Positions 10,336-23,373 of a stretch of 64,000 nt of DNA are shown here, piece after piece. The position numbers and the translations under genes were made by a program. The DNA lies in NCBI GenBank assembly GCA_947584805.1, contig CANPWU010000004.1, positions 13,098 to 77,097 of the forward strand, written 5' to 3'. This stretch comes from an uncultured Clostridia bacterium (GTDB lineage: Bacteria; Bacillota; Clostridia; TANB77; CAG-508). The notes under the pieces are model-generated. The model saw nothing but the letters and a program-made list of their open reading frames with translations. It was not told where the DNA came from and ran no database searches. Position 1 is the stretch's first letter. Every line of letters starts with the position of its first letter.

Positions 10336-12621
10336 TTGAAAAAAGAAAATAAAGAAAAGATTAATAAAAAAAATAAAAAGAAAGTTCCTGATAATACTGT
10401 AACTATCAGCAGATTAAAGAAAGTTGTAGTTATTATGAGTGTTGTTTTTATGCTCTTAATAGGCAGAATTCGGATGGATACAATTTGTCCAGGGTTCAGA
10501 GCTTAAAGAGATGGCATATAGGCAACAAACACTAAACAAGATAATAAGTGCTAAAAGAGGAACAATCTATGATACAAACGGAAAACCTTTAGCAATTAGT
10601 GCACCAGTAGATACTATTACAATAAATCCTGCCAAATTCGTTGTAACAGTTGACAGCAATGGGGAACGCTATGATAAAGATGTAGCAGAAATAAAAACTT
10701 TAGCATTGCAGAAAAAAGTAGCAGAAGGATTATCACAAATTTTCTCGCTTGATTATGAAACAGTTTTAGGACAAGTTCAAAGTAAAAATGGAACTGAAAC
10801 AATAATAAAAAAAGTTGAGCAAGACCTAGTAGATAAACTAGAAAATTGGATGAAAGAAAATGATATAACAGCAGGAATAAATATAGATGAAGATAATAAA
10901 AGATATTATCCTTATGGAGAACGTGCAGCATATGTAATTGGTTTTACTGGAACAGATTCTCAGGGACTTTATGGAGTAGAAAGTGCTTGGGAAGAGGTAT
11001 TAAGAGGAACACCTCGGGAAAATTGTAACAACTCAAAATGTAAATTTTGAAGAAATTTCAGGTAATGCACAACAATATGTAGATGTAGAAAATGGATCTG
11101 ATCTTTATCTTACTCTTGATATAAATATTCAAACTATTGTAGAAGATTATTTAAAACAGGGTGTTGATGATAATGGAGCCACAGCTGGTTCTGCTATTTT
11201 GATGAATCCAAAAACTGGTGACATTTTGGCAATGGCAACCTATCCAAGCTATGATATAAATACACCTTTTACCATAAACACAAAGGAAGACCAAGAAAAA
11301 TGGGAAGAATATAGTCAAGAAGAAAAAAATTCAAAACTATATGCAATGTGGGGAGCAGACAGAAACTACTATAAAACATATGAACCAGGTTCTACTTTTA
11401 AGCTATTTGTTTCAGCTGCAGCTCTTGAAGAAAAAATAACAGATACAGATATTGCAAATGATTTCAATTGCACGGGATCAATGACAGTAGCAGATAGAAA
11501 TATAAAATGTGCAGCATCTGCTGTGCATGGTCATCAAACATTGAGAGATGCAATTAAAAATTCATGTAACGGAGCTTTTATTCAACTTGGTCAAAGAGTA
11601 GGTGCTACTACTTTATATAAATATTTTAGAGCATTTGGATTATTTGAAAAAACAGGGGTAGACATTACAGGGGAAAGTAGTAGTAACTTTCATACAATAA
11701 ATGATGTTGGACCAGTGGAACTTGCAGTAACTTCATTCGGACAGAGATTTGAGATTACACCTATTCAATTAATTACAGCAGCATCAAGCATTGCAAATGG
11801 TGGAACACTTGTAAAGCCTAAAATTGTAAGAAAAATATCGAATGCAAATACAGGAACAGCAGAAGAAATAGAAACTACCGCTGTAAGAAAAGTTATATCA
11901 GAGGAAACAGCAGAAAAAATAAGAGATATGATGGTAACTGCAGTAAAAGGAAGAGAAAATACATATGGAAATGTTGAAGGATATACAATAGGAGGAAAAA
12001 CAGGAACTTCAGAGCCACCAGTTACAAGACCAGAGGAAGGTTATGCAGTTTCATATTTAGCAATTGCTCCTGCAGATGATCCTGAATTAATAGGACTTGT
12101 TGTTGTATATAATCCAGCAACATCAAATCCATATGGTAGTAGAATTGCAGCACCGATATTATCACATATACTTACAGATGTTTTACCATATATGGGAATT
12201 GCATCTGAAAATTCAGACACTACAAATACAGTAAAAACAATTGCACAAGGTACAAATGTACTTAATGTTAAAAATAAAACTTTAACAGAAGCTAAAAAGT
12301 TACTTGAAAATTTAGGATTTAAAGTAATAACTCCAGAAACTGCAAACAGTAATGCTGTTCTTGTTACAGAACAAGTACCAAGTGGAGGAACTCAAGTGCT
12401 TCAGGGATCTACAATTGTTTTATATACAGAAGAAAGCAGTGGAAGAACCTCAGTTCAAGTTCCAAATCTTGTTGGAATGACTTTATCAGAGGCAAAATCT
12501 GTTTTATCTGAAAGAAACCTAAATATTTCATATTCTGGTTCTGGTAAAGTAGTTAGCCAAAGTATTCGGTGAAGGACAAAATATAGAACAAGGTACTATA
12601 ATTACACTTAAATTGGAATAA
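10336..12621 (+). CDS. Class B penicillin-binding protein (transpeptidase, C-terminal PASTA domains; SpoVD/PBP2B-like). There are three extra-C frame breaks (10471, 11015, 12567).
   Basis: Motifs STFK, SCN and KTGT are present. There are two PASTA-like repeats. Removing the three Cs gives a continuous ~760-aa protein. Confidence 0.7.
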
Positions 12622-12643
12622 TTAAAAAGGAAATAAAGTACAT

Positions 12644-13274
12644 ATGGAATATATAGATATAAAATCAAAAAATTATTTAAAAAAAGATTTAAAAAAAATA
12701 GCAGAAATTATAAGAGATAGTGGATGCATAATAATTCCTACAGATACTGTTTATGGAATTGCAGCATCTGCTTTAGATGAGAATGCAGTAAAAAAAGTAT
12801 TTGAATTAAAAAATAGAGCTTTTTCGAAACCGATAAATATTCTTGTATCGAATTTCGAAATGATTAAAGAAGTTACAAAAAATATTTCTTTAGAAGAAGA
12901 AAAAATAATGAAAAAATTTTTCCCAGGAGCACTTACAATTGTATTTGAGAAAAATGATAAAATTCCTGAAATTGTTACTTCTGGATTTAACACAGTAGGA
13001 ATTAGAATGCCCAAAAATAAATTTTTGCTAGACTTAATCAATTTCTTGCGGAGTGCCACTTGCTACAACTAGTTGTAATATGGCAGATGAACCATGCATA
13101 AATAATATAAATGAAATTATGAATAAATTTAAAGATAAAGTAGATTTAATAGTTGATGAGGGAAACATATTAGAAGGAATTCCGTCTACAATTATTAGGG
13201 TAAAAGATAAAAATATTGAGATTTTGAGAAAAGGCCCAATAAATAAAGAAGAATTAGAAAGGAGCATAAAATAA
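12644..13274 (+). CDS. tsaC: L-threonylcarbamoyladenylate synthase (YrdC/Sua5/TsaC family). The frame is broken by an extra C at 13049.
   Basis: YrdC motif 'IIPTDTVYGIAA'. The C-terminal ORF 13053-13274 joins when the C is removed. Confidence 0.6.
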
Positions 13275-13760
13275 TGCTAATCCGGATATATTGCAACATT
13301 TCTTATAAGTATGGTACCAATAATAGAGTTAAGGGGAGCAATACCTATAGCAGTATTTACATTTCATCTTACATACTTAGAAGCATTTATAATTAGTTTT
13401 ATTGGTAATATTATACCAGTATATTTTATTGTAAAGTTTATAAGACCAATATTTGATTTACTAGGAAGAATAAAATTCTTAAAAAGAATAATAGATTGGG
13501 CAACAGAAAAGGCAACAAAAAAAATTGCAGAAAGTCCAAAACTACAAAAGGGAGCATTATTAGGAGTATATCTTTTTGTTGCAATTCCGCTCCCAGGAAC
13601 AGGAGCATGGATGGGATCTCTTATTGCAAACTTTTTAGATTTACCACCTAAAAAAGTTGTTCCGATGATTATTCTAGGAGTTTTTACAGCAGGAGTTATA
13701 ATGTTAATAGGAACTGCAATTACAAAAGGAGGAATAGATTATCTAGTTACAAATATGTAA
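13274..13760 (+). CDS. Small polytopic membrane protein (COG2426-like). The true start is ATG 13274, and the frame is broken by an extra C at ~13282.
   Basis: The corrected N-terminus is MLIGYIATFLISMVPIIELRG... The ATG overlaps the tsaC stop (taATG). Confidence 0.45.
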
Positions 13761-13929
13761 ATGAAAAGAATAGTTAAAAAACAGTTTTATTATTATAATA
13801 AAGATATAGCACGCTTTACATTTTATGTAAAATGTGCTATAATTTTATCTGTTTTGGTAGCAAAGGCTACCAACAATTTTGCAAAAAATACTTAAAACTA
13901 TTTTAGCTAAGTAGCAAAATGAAAGGAGA

Positions 13930-15357
13930 TTGCATATGAACCGGAAGAATGTAGGAAAGAGGAAAGACAAGTGGAAAATTGCACTAATAGTGTTTATAGA
14001 AACACTATTCTTAGCAATGATATCTGCCTTGATCTTTTTCATCAAACCCTATTGTGACACACATTTTCAAAAGGGGACGATCATTAATGGTATTGATTGT
14101 TCTAATCTAACACTTGAGGAGGCCCAGGAAAAGCTTGGAAGTTTTAATGTAACGTTTAGTTTTCAGGACGGAAAAATATACACAGAATACGGATATAATG
14201 TTGGAATCCATCTTAGAAACACTGAGAAGTTAGAAGAGTTTTTGACTTCTCAAAGACCATTTGGGACAAACAATGAAAAACAATTTCAGCTTGCCCCAGA
14301 AGATTTTGAAGTAGATGAAGAAACGCTTAGAAATTATATGAAACTCTTTGATGAGTTACAAGAAAATAATGCAAAGCGTAAACAAAATGCTTATTTAATT
14401 TTAAATGAAGATGGATATGTACAAATAGTTCCAGAAGTTTACGGCACATATATTGATTTTGAGGAGGCTGTTCAAACATCTATTTCAAGTTTTAAAAATG
14501 GAATATATAATGTAAATCTTGCATTACTTTGTGAAGGCGAACCAGAAATACAGAAGACCAGTACAGTTTTAATTGAAAAAAGAGATGCTTTGAATAAAAT
14601 CTTAAATACAGTAATTAATTTTACTTTTAAAGATGGTAGCATAGTTACTCTTGATCATGAAATGGTACTTAATTGGATTTTTGGAGATATTACACAAAGC
14701 AATTTGCAAGAACGGAGAATTGAAGAGGATTTATCAACATATGTTGCGAATCTAGAACCTAATTTAAAGAAATTCGTAGATGATCTAGAAACTAAAGTAA
14801 ATAAGCTTGGATCTACTATGGAATTTGTTACAACTACTGGAGAAAGAGTTACTCTTACAGTGGCAAAAGGCCATAGAGATAAACTTGATACAGAATCTGA
14901 GCTTGAAAAAATCAAACAAGAATTAGAAACTGGCGAAACAATTACACGAGAACCGATTTACTCAAGAATAAATCAGTTTGAAAAATTTGATAGCTATGTA
15001 GAAGTAGATATCGAAAACCAGACTGTATATATGTATGTAAATGGTGAGTGCATTGTTAAAACGCCTTGTGTTACTGGAAATGTATCTCGTGGAACAGTTA
15101 CACGAGAAGGAGTATTTTATTTAACAGGCAAGTACAAAGATACAGTTCTATCTGATAACAAAACTTATTGGAGTCATGTGAATTTTTGGATGCCATTTGA
15201 TGGTGGAATAGGTTTGCATGATGCAACTTGGAGAAGTCGTTTTGGCGGAGACATTTATAAGACAAATGGTTCACATGGTTGTGTGAATTTGCCTAAAAGT
15301 GCAGCAAAGACAATCTATGAAAATATCACAAAGGATATGCCTATAATTGTTCATTAG
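13930..15357 (+). CDS. L,D-transpeptidase (YkuD domain) with N-terminal TM anchor
   Basis: C-terminal 'GIGLHD...SHGCVNL' is the catalytic His/Cys motif. 475 aa. Confidence 0.65.
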   Translation: MHMNRKNVGKRKDKWKIALIVFIETLFLAMISALIFFIKPYCDTHFQKGTIINGIDCSNLTLEEAQEKLGSFNVTFSFQDGKIYTEYGYNVGIHLRNTEKLEEFLTSQRPFGTNNEKQFQLAPEDFEVDEETLRNYMKLFDELQENNAKRKQNAYLILNEDGYVQIVPEVYGTYIDFEEAVQTSISSFKNGIYNVNLALLCEGEPEIQKTSTVLIEKRDALNKILNTVINFTFKDGSIVTLDHEMVLNWIFGDITQSNLQERRIEEDLSTYVANLEPNLKKFVDDLETKVNKLGSTMEFVTTTGERVTLTVAKGHRDKLDTESELEKIKQELETGETITREPIYSRINQFEKFDSYVEVDIENQTVYMYVNGECIVKTPCVTGNVSRGTVTREGVFYLTGKYKDTVLSDNKTYWSHVNFWMPFDGGIGLHDATWRSRFGGDIYKTNGSHGCVNLPKSAAKTIYENITKDMPIIVH

Positions 15358-15461
15358 CAAAATCTAAGTAGAAAAACGGACTTAATATTTTAAGTCCGTT
15401 TTTCATATTGCATAAAAAAATAAATATAATTATTTGTAGGAAGGTTAGGTGAAACGTATTT

Positions 15462-17260
15462 ATGTCGAGTATTAGCAGAAAAAGAAGACTAAAAAATTTA
15501 CTTGTTATTTGTGTTATTATCTTTTTATTATTGATACTTAGGCTACTGTTTATTCAATTTTTTCAGGGTGAAGAACTTCAAACATTGGCATATGTGCAAC
15601 AAACTTTAGATAGAGAGATAAACCCAAACAGAGGAACAATTTATGATAGAAATATGGAAGCTTTGGCAGTAAGCGCAAGTGTTGAAACAGTAACAATAAA
15701 TCCTACTAATATTTCAAAGGAAAATAAAGAAAAAGTCGCAAAAACATTATCTAATATATTTGAGCTAGATTATGAAACAGTTTTGAAAAAGGTTAAAAAA
15801 AAGACTTCGATTGAAACAATAATTAAAAAAGTAGATAAAGAGAAAACTGATAATCTAAGAAAATGGATGCAAGATGAAAACATAGTGAATGGAATAAATA
15901 TTGATGAAGATACAAAAAGGTACTACCCATTTGGAACACTTGCATCTCACATTATAGGCTTTACAGGAAGTGATAATCAAGGATTAGATGGAATAGAGGC
16001 AAAATATGACGAAACTCTAAGTGGAACAAAGGGAAAAATCGTACGTAAAACAGACGCATCCGGTGGTATAATCGGAAATGGAGAAGAAGATTATATTAAA
16101 GCTGTTGATGGCGATAGTATAATTCTAACTATTGATTCAACAGTACAATCAATTGCAACTAAATATTTAGAAGAAGCATGCATAGATAATGAATGTGAAG
16201 AGGGTGGAGTTGTAATTATCATGCAGCCAGATACAGGAGATATACTTGCAATGGTAACATATCCTGAATATGATTTAAATAATCCTTTTACAATAAATGA
16301 TACAGAACTTTTAAATTCATGGGATAGTTTATCACAATCTGATAAGAATAAATATTTGCAAAAAATGTGGAGAAATAAAGCAATTGCCGATACTTACGAA
16401 CCAGGTTCTACTTTTAAGCTTATAACTACATCAGCAGCATTAGAAGAAGGTATTGTAAAAGAAACAGATAAGGCTCGGAGAATTTTGTTGTACAGGAGGA
16501 ATTGATATTGCAGGGACTTATATTAAGTGTTGGAGGTATTATAGACCACATGGACCAGAATCATTAAGAGATGCATTAATGAATTCTTGTAATCCTATTT
16601 TTATTGGGCTTGGGCAGAAAATAGGAGTAAAAACATATTATGAATATTTAAGAAAATTTGGACTTCTTGAAAAAACTGGAATTGATCTACCACGGAGAAG
16701 CTGGAAGTATATTTTTAGCAGAAGAAAAAGTAGGACCTGTAGAACTTGCAACATTATCATTTGGGCAAAGATTTGAGATTACACCTATTGGGCTTATTAC
16801 AGCAGTATCAAGTATTGCAAATGGAGGAAAATTAGTTACTCCAAGATTTGTAAAAGCTATTATAGATAAGGAAACTGGAGAAAAGCAAGAAAAAGAAGTA
16901 GTTATAAAATCAGAAACGATAACAGAAGAAACTGCAAGTAAAGTAAGAGATATGATGAGATCAGTTGTTGCAGAAGGAACTGGAAAAGGAGCAAAAGTAC
17001 AAGGCTATACAATTGGTGGAAAAACAGGAACATCAGAAGACGGAGTAAATACAAATAAATATATTACTTCATTTATGGGACTTACTCCAACAGAAGACCC
17101 AGAACTTGTAATACTTTTGATTTTATATAATCCAACAGGAGAGGGAGGACACCAAGGAGGTGCTGTCGCAGCACCAACGGCTGGTAAAATTTTATCAGAA
17201 GTGCTTCCATATCTTGAAATAAAAAAGACAGAAAATGTTGATGAAAAAAAGTTAAATTAA
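15462..17260 (+). CDS. Class B penicillin-binding protein (FtsI/SpoVD-like, no PASTA). There are two extra-C frame breaks (16476, 16693).
   Basis: STFK, SCN and KTGT motifs are present. It is a paralogue of the 10336 PBP. The pieces 15462-16505, 16579-16776 and 16658-17260 join. Confidence 0.7.
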
Positions 17261-17379
17261 ATATATTACCTCCAAATGTGGAAAAATTGAGATTTATTAC
17301 TTAAAATTACAAAAAAATGTTTACATTACAGGAAAAATATGTTACAATTTATATAGATATGTATAAAAAGGGAGGTCTA

Positions 17380-20300
17380 GTGAAAAGTAATATGAAAAGT
17401 AAAAAGAAAAAAATATTATTCATAGTAGTTACTAGTCTTATTTTATTATTAATGATGTTTTCATCAGCTGAAAATATTGTAAAAAGTTTAAGTGTAAGTC
17501 AGCCAAATGAAGCAAACTTAATAGGAGAAACAGAAGGTACATATTATATATCAACAAATGACGAAAATATGTGTAAATATTTATCTGATATAGAATATGA
17601 TAAAGAACAATCATCAGCAGGTTGGGGAAGTATTACTTTAGACAGCAATTTGGAGAATCAATATAATCACGGATTAATTACATTAATGATAAATGGAGAG
17701 AAAAAATATTTCTTAAAAGGAATATCTGCCCATGCAAAGTCAACACTAATATATAATATTAGTGGTTATGATTATGACTATTTTAGTGCATATGTAGGTG
17801 TAGATGAAAGCCGTGGAAATAATGGAAATGGTGTTAAGTTTTCAATATACACATCAGAGGATGGAAGTACATGGAATTTAAAGACATCAACTACACAAGC
17901 ACTTAAGGGTAATAGTAATGCAGAATTTATACAAATAAGGCTTGAAGGTGCGAAATATTTAAAATTATATTGTGATGAAATTGGAAGCAATTCATCAGAC
18001 CATTCTGTTTATGCAGATGCAAAATTATATAAAGAAGGATTTACTGAAAAACAGCCAGAAAATGTAGATTTTATAAAAACAGTAGAACAATATGATGCAG
18101 AACTCGCAAATGTAGATTTAAATCAGCAAATAAATGATAAAGAATTAACATTATTACAAAGAACATTTGTAAATAATGTTGGATATGACCTTTTAATAGC
18201 AATTGTAAATCAAAATGAAGACTACAAAGAAGCTGTAAAATGGTTAATGGAAGATATAGAAAATCTTCGTTTATATGTATTAGGAGGAGCACCAGATGGT
18301 GGAAGTTATTACAATTCAATAAAAGAACTTTCTAGACTTTACAAAGCATATAAAGATGATTTTACAAACAAAACTAAGACAAATAATACTTGGTACCCAG
18401 ATCTAACAAAAGGTGAAGTATATAAGAAGATGGCAATATCACTTTCTTTAACACACGCAACAAAAGTTGGATATTGGGCACAAATAGACCACCCAAAAAA
18501 TAGATCAGATTCTGTAGTACGTTATCAAATATATAAAGATTTATATGATAATGGAAAATTTAAAGTATCTGAAAGACAAGATCAAACAAAATGGTATGAA
18601 GCATTAACAGTAGAAGAAATGCGTTATGTAATGAATAACATTACAGATGATGAAGAACTTAAATGGTTAAATGCGTACACACAAAAAAGAATAGATGAGC
18701 ACCCAAATGAAGAGGAAAAATATCTACAACCACATACATATATAGCATATGTATGGCCAGATTTTGAAAATCCAATTTTCCATGATCCTAATAGAAAAGA
18801 ATATTGGGATAAAGTATTTGAAGGAATTTTCTCTGAATATGGTGTAACATATAGTACTGAAAATGATCATGTTTATAAAGCATGGATGAGTATGAGAAAT
18901 GAATTTGGAACAGGAGCAGTTTGTGGTGGTATATCTAAATTAGGTTGCCACATTCGTGCAGCACATGGTACACCTGCTTCAGTTATAGGTCAACCAGGTC
19001 ATGCAGCAATAATTTATTATAGAAAAACTGAAAGTGGTAAGGGATACTGGTCAATGGATAATGATGTTTCAGGTTGGGCTCAATCTGGAAAATCAGAAAA
19101 ATTAGGAACTAGAATGCCACTTGGTTGGGGAAATGATAGCTATGTAGATGGCTACGCTGCAACATATATTATCTTATCACAGGATGCTATAAATGATAAT
19201 GTAAATTATGAAAAAGCTGAAAAAATCATTATGACAGCAGACTTATATGAAGGTAATGTAGCAAAGCAAGAAGCAATATATGAAGAAGCATTAAAAGTAC
19301 AAGAAATTAATATAGATGCATGGTGGGGATTAATAAATGCATATAAAGCAGATAATACTAAGACAGAAGAAGATTACTATAAATTAGCAGAAAGATTAGG
19401 AAAAGCATTAATGCCATATCCACTACCAATGAAAAACTTATTAGATCAAATTGGAGAAAAATTAACAAGTGTAAAATACTCATTTGAATTTACGATTTTA
19501 GAAACAAAACTATTAAATGATGGAAAGAATTATAGTAAAGAAGATAGAAAAATAGAACCAGACATTTCAGGAATTACAAGAACAGTAGCAAGTTACTTAC
19601 TTGGTCAAACTGATACATCACTTGCAAGTTTCTCATTCGATGGAGCAAATGCAGGAAAAATTATATTAGCAAGTCGTTATGATGATGTAGGTGTTCGTTG
19701 GGATTACAGCTTAAATGGAGGAGCAAGCTGGAAAGAAGTATCATTCACAGCAGAAGCTCCACATAAATGGCAATTAACAAAAAATGAAATAGAAAAAATC
19801 ACATCAGAGAATGATATTCTAATTCATATAGTTGGAACTGATTATAAAGATAGCAATATATATAGAATAGACATTGAAGAACAAAGTGCATTAGATAATT
19901 TGTATGCAAATGACCTAGAAAATAGAATTGTAGGTGTTAATTTAGATACATATTGGCGTTATAATGTAGGAGATGACTGGACATCGTATAGTGTAGCATC
20001 ACCTGACTTATCAGGAAATAAAACTGTTCAAATAAGACAAGGTGCAACAGGTACAAAACTTGCAAGTCCTGCATCAGAAATGTATAAATTTACTGAGGAT
20101 AATCAACCTGATACAAGAAAATATGTTATGGTTTCAAATTTAAAGATTAAAGGATATCCAGAAAATGAAAATAATGAAGGATATTCAAGTCAATCAATTG
20201 ATAGCAGTAGACCATTCTATGCACCAAATGCAATTGATGGAAATTTATATACTATGTGGCATACAGATTTCAGATATAACGTTATAGACCAAGGAATAAA

Positions 20301-22470
20301 ACCATATATTACAATTGAATTAAATTCACCAAAGTGGATATCTGCAGTAGAATTTATACAAAGAAAATATAAATGGAATGATCCAGATTATATTAAAAAT
20401 GCAATAGTATATGTAAGTATGGATGGATCAAGCTGGACAGAAGCTGCAAGAATTAACGACTGTCCAAAAGATACTGAACTAAGAAAAGTTGAATTTGATC
20501 AAAGCATGAATGCAAAATATGTAAAAATAGAACTAGAAACTTACGATATGTTTGCTTCTATTGCTATGTTAAACTTATTTGAAGATGTAACAAAAATTGA
20601 TAGAACAAAACCAACAGCAGAAATTTATTATAGTACAACAGAAAGAACAAGCGGTTATGTAATAGCTAGACTTGTTAACCCAAGTACAGAAATTACAATT
20701 ACAAACAATGATGGAAATGATACATATGTATTTAAAGAAGATGGAACATTTACATTTTATTTCGAAGATAAAAATGGAAATAAAGGAGAAGCTACAGCTG
20801 AAGTAAACTGGATAGATAAAGATTCTCCAACAGCTGATGTAGATTACAAATTAGACGGAGATAAAAAACTACGTATATTATTAGACAATATAAGCGAAGA
20901 TGTATACTTATTAGATAAAAATGACAATAAAATAAGTTATGTTGAAGTTAAAGATAAAAAGGTGTCTAAGCTTTCATTTTTAGATGAGTCAGGAAATGTA
21001 TATAAAGAAAGTGAACTAGATGCTGATGGAAATGTTACAAAAAATATATATAAAAATACAAAGACGAAAGAAGTTCCACAAGTTGCTACATATGTAGTTA
21101 CATATGCAAATGACGAAGTAATTGAAGAGCAGTTCTTAGACGAAAATGGAGTTAGTGTAAATGTAACATCTGCAGAAAAAGAAATCTTGAGAACTTTACA
21201 ACAAATAAAAACAAATCCTTTAGAGTACACTTTTGAAGATAGTGGAGATTATGAATTTAGACTTCTTGATAAAGCAAATAATATAGCATATAAGAGTATA
21301 AAGGTAGATTATCTAGAAGATGGTAATGTTATAGCAAGTGATATATCTTATGATATTACAAAACTAACAAATCAAAATGTTGTAGCTACTATAAATCCAT
21401 ATATAGTTAATGTTAATGATAAAGACGCAAAACCAACTGTAACAATTATCAACAATAATTCTAGTAAAGAATATACATTTGATGATAACAAAGAATTTAC
21501 ATTTGAATATAAAGATTCTTCAGATATTGGAAATGCAAAGATACAAAGACATCAAGCAAAAGTATACTGGATAGATAAACAAAATCCAACAGCACAAATT
21601 AAATATAGTACAACAGAATCAACAAATGGACCAGTAACTGTAAAATTAACAGATGAAAGTGAAAATATAATGGTTACTAATAACAATACAAGTAAAGAAT
21701 ATACATTTACAAAAAATGGAACATTTACTTTCGAATTTGAAGATGAAGCAGGAAACCAAGGAAGAGCCATAGCAACTGTTAATAACATTCAGGAAGAACA
21801 AGATACTCCAAGCGATAGCTTTAAAACAAATTTGAAATTAGATAATTCTACAGTTAAAAGAGGAGATAATATTACTGTTACTATTTCTTTAAGTAATACT
21901 GCAATAGAAAGAGGAGAAAAGGGAATTAGTGCTTATTCTGCTAAATTAGATTTTGATTCTTCTGTTCTAGAATATGTATCAGCAGAGGGCAATGATAATT
22001 GGGAAAAACCAGTTTATAAAGAAAAATCAATTGCTGGAAATACAAAAGATGGTAAAGCTGTAAATACAGAACAAGATATAGCGACTATTACATTTAAAGT
22101 AAAAGATGATGCTAAATTAGGAGAAACAATTATTAAGTTAGTTGATTTTTCTGGTTCAACAGAAGAAGCTGATGTAACTGCAGAAGATTCTTCTATTACA
22201 TTAAAAGTAGTAGAAAAAGATAATATAAATGGAGAAGGATCTGGTAGTGGTAGTGTAAATCCTAATGGTGATTCTTCACAAAGCGGAAATACTGATAATG
22301 GAAATAATTCAAATAATGGAATCGATAAAGATTCTAAATGGCCAACAAAATTACCACAAACTGGAGCTTCAAACATACTAATTGATATAGCAATAGTTGT
22401 ATTATTAGTAGTAGCAATAAATTTTGCAATTAAACTTAGATTAATTAACAAAAAAATGAAAAAACAATAA
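17380..22470 (+). CDS. Giant LPQTG cell-wall-anchored surface protein with an F5/8-type-C (discoidin) domain and a C-terminal cohesin-like module
   Basis: ~1700 aa. Its signal peptide runs from GTG 17380 or ATG 17392. A discoidin signature is present (APNAIDGNLYTMWHTD...). The tail is LPQTG + TM + KKMKKQ. Confidence 0.6.
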   Translation: MKSNMKSKKKKILFIVVTSLILLLMMFSSAENIVKSLSVSQPNEANLIGETEGTYYISTNDENMCKYLSDIEYDKEQSSAGWGSITLDSNLENQYNHGLITLMINGEKKYFLKGISAHAKSTLIYNISGYDYDYFSAYVGVDESRGNNGNGVKFSIYTSEDGSTWNLKTSTTQALKGNSNAEFIQIRLEGAKYLKLYCDEIGSNSSDHSVYADAKLYKEGFTEKQPENVDFIKTVEQYDAELANVDLNQQINDKELTLLQRTFVNNVGYDLLIAIVNQNEDYKEAVKWLMEDIENLRLYVLGGAPDGGSYYNSIKELSRLYKAYKDDFTNKTKTNNTWYPDLTKGEVYKKMAISLSLTHATKVGYWAQIDHPKNRSDSVVRYQIYKDLYDNGKFKVSERQDQTKWYEALTVEEMRYVMNNITDDEELKWLNAYTQKRIDEHPNEEEKYLQPHTYIAYVWPDFENPIFHDPNRKEYWDKVFEGIFSEYGVTYSTENDHVYKAWMSMRNEFGTGAVCGGISKLGCHIRAAHGTPASVIGQPGHAAIIYYRKTESGKGYWSMDNDVSGWAQSGKSEKLGTRMPLGWGNDSYVDGYAATYIILSQDAINDNVNYEKAEKIIMTADLYEGNVAKQEAIYEEALKVQEINIDAWWGLINAYKADNTKTEEDYYKLAERLGKALMPYPLPMKNLLDQIGEKLTSVKYSFEFTILETKLLNDGKNYSKEDRKIEPDISGITRTVASYLLGQTDTSLASFSFDGANAGKIILASRYDDVGVRWDYSLNGGASWKEVSFTAEAPHKWQLTKNEIEKITSENDILIHIVGTDYKDSNIYRIDIEEQSALDNLYANDLENRIVGVNLDTYWRYNVGDDWTSYSVASPDLSGNKTVQIRQGATGTKLASPASEMYKFTEDNQPDTRKYVMVSNLKIKGYPENENNEGYSSQSIDSSRPFYAPNAIDGNLYTMWHTDFRYNVIDQGIKPYITIELNSPKWISAVEFIQRKYKWNDPDYIKNAIVYVSMDGSSWTEAARINDCPKDTELRKVEFDQSMNAKYVKIELETYDMFASIAMLNLFEDVTKIDRTKPTAEIYYSTTERTSGYVIARLVNPSTEITITNNDGNDTYVFKEDGTFTFYFEDKNGNKGEATAEVNWIDKDSPTADVDYKLDGDKKLRILLDNISEDVYLLDKNDNKISYVEVKDKKVSKLSFLDESGNVYKESELDADGNVTKNIYKNTKTKEVPQVATYVVTYANDEVIEEQFLDENGVSVNVTSAEKEILRTLQQIKTNPLEYTFEDSGDYEFRLLDKANNIAYKSIKVDYLEDGNVIASDISYDITKLTNQNVVATINPYIVNVNDKDAKPTVTIINNNSSKEYTFDDNKEFTFEYKDSSDIGNAKIQRHQAKVYWIDKQNPTAQIKYSTTESTNGPVTVKLTDESENIMVTNNNTSKEYTFTKNGTFTFEFEDEAGNQGRAIATVNNIQEEQDTPSDSFKTNLKLDNSTVKRGDNITVTISLSNTAIERGEKGISAYSAKLDFDSSVLEYVSAEGNDNWEKPVYKEKSIAGNTKDGKAVNTEQDIATITFKVKDDAKLGETIIKLVDFSGSTEEADVTAEDSSITLKVVEKDNINGEGSGSGSVNPNGDSSQSGNTDNGNNSNNGIDKDSKWPTKLPQTGASNILIDIAIVVLLVVAINFAIKLRLINKKMKKQ

Positions 22471-22514
22471 ATTAATAAAAAACTAGAAGTTAGTGAAAAC
22501 TAATTTCTAGTTTT

Positions 22515-23283
22515 TTATTTTTTCTTTGCAACTACAACAAATCTTCCGATCTTCTGTGTGATATGCACATGTTGAAAGAGTCATAAGTAGATCACCATAG
22601 TTTGCAGTTTTTGTAGTATCATATAATGAAGCATTTTTTGCATTAGTAACAAAAGAATTAAATTCGTCTTCGTTTTTTGCATTTATAAAATAATAATATC
22701 TGAATACATTTTGCTCATGCTTGTAATAAACCTTGGACTGAAAAACAGATATAATTTCAAAATTCATATCTTCATTTACTGTAGTAAATCTAAAGGATGG
22801 ATGACTATCAAAGAAATTTTTATCTTTATATTTTAATAGATCTTTAAACATGGTTCCATTTTTCATATTATGCCCATAAATCAATAAATTCGTACTTTGA
22901 GGTTCCCAAGAATAATCTTTATCTAAAAATATTGAACCACTTGATGCATATTTTTTTTCATAATTATGCGTCATATAAAAATCATTATCAGTGCCCTGTA
23001 AAACAGGATAATTTATATTAGTGTCTGAAATTTCAATCCAACCAATAATATCACTATTTTCTTTTTGTAATTCTTCAAGTTTTAACATTCTTTCTGTTTT
23101 TATAGGTTTTGTTGGTTCGTCATCTTGAGGAATGGAAGTAGTATCTATATGGATTTCATTTAATAAATTACTTTGTGCTTTTGTATTTTTCATATTTATA
23201 TAATACATTACAATGTATGAAAACGAAAGAAATATTGCAATGTAAAGGAGTATGTAGAAAGTTCTTCTTAAGATTTTATCCAT
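22515..23283 (-). CDS. srtB: Sortase, class B (SrtB). The 3' end is frame-shifted by one extra base (plus-strand G22548 = extra C on the coding strand).
   Basis: TLSTC active-site motif. The corrected C-terminus ...TEDGRFVVVAKKK* matches the SrtB family ending (RIVVVAKIIK). Confidence 0.65.
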
Positions 23284-23373
23284 TTTAATTAACCATTCCT
23301 TTCTTAAAATTTAGAAAATATTTTGCCTACATTAGCCAAAACTAATGTAGGCATTTTCTTAGTTTATATTACT

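Noticed and set aside
10617-10931. Antisense ORFs inside large genes (e.g. 10617-10931, 18071-18319, 20937-21230, 22014-22451, 25193-25378, 37102-37574)
   Set aside because: They overlap well-supported sense genes on the opposite strand and are Leu/Phe/Ile-rich, as expected from AT-rich antisense frames. They have no RBS and are not coding.
13930-13950. 'aaccggaag' at the L,D-transpeptidase start as another extra-C site
   Set aside because: Removing the C creates an immediate stop (atg aac gga aga atg tag). This CGG is native. Other in-frame CGGs, such as ftsW 'ctcggaatt' and topA 'aaaccgggaaaa', are likewise native.
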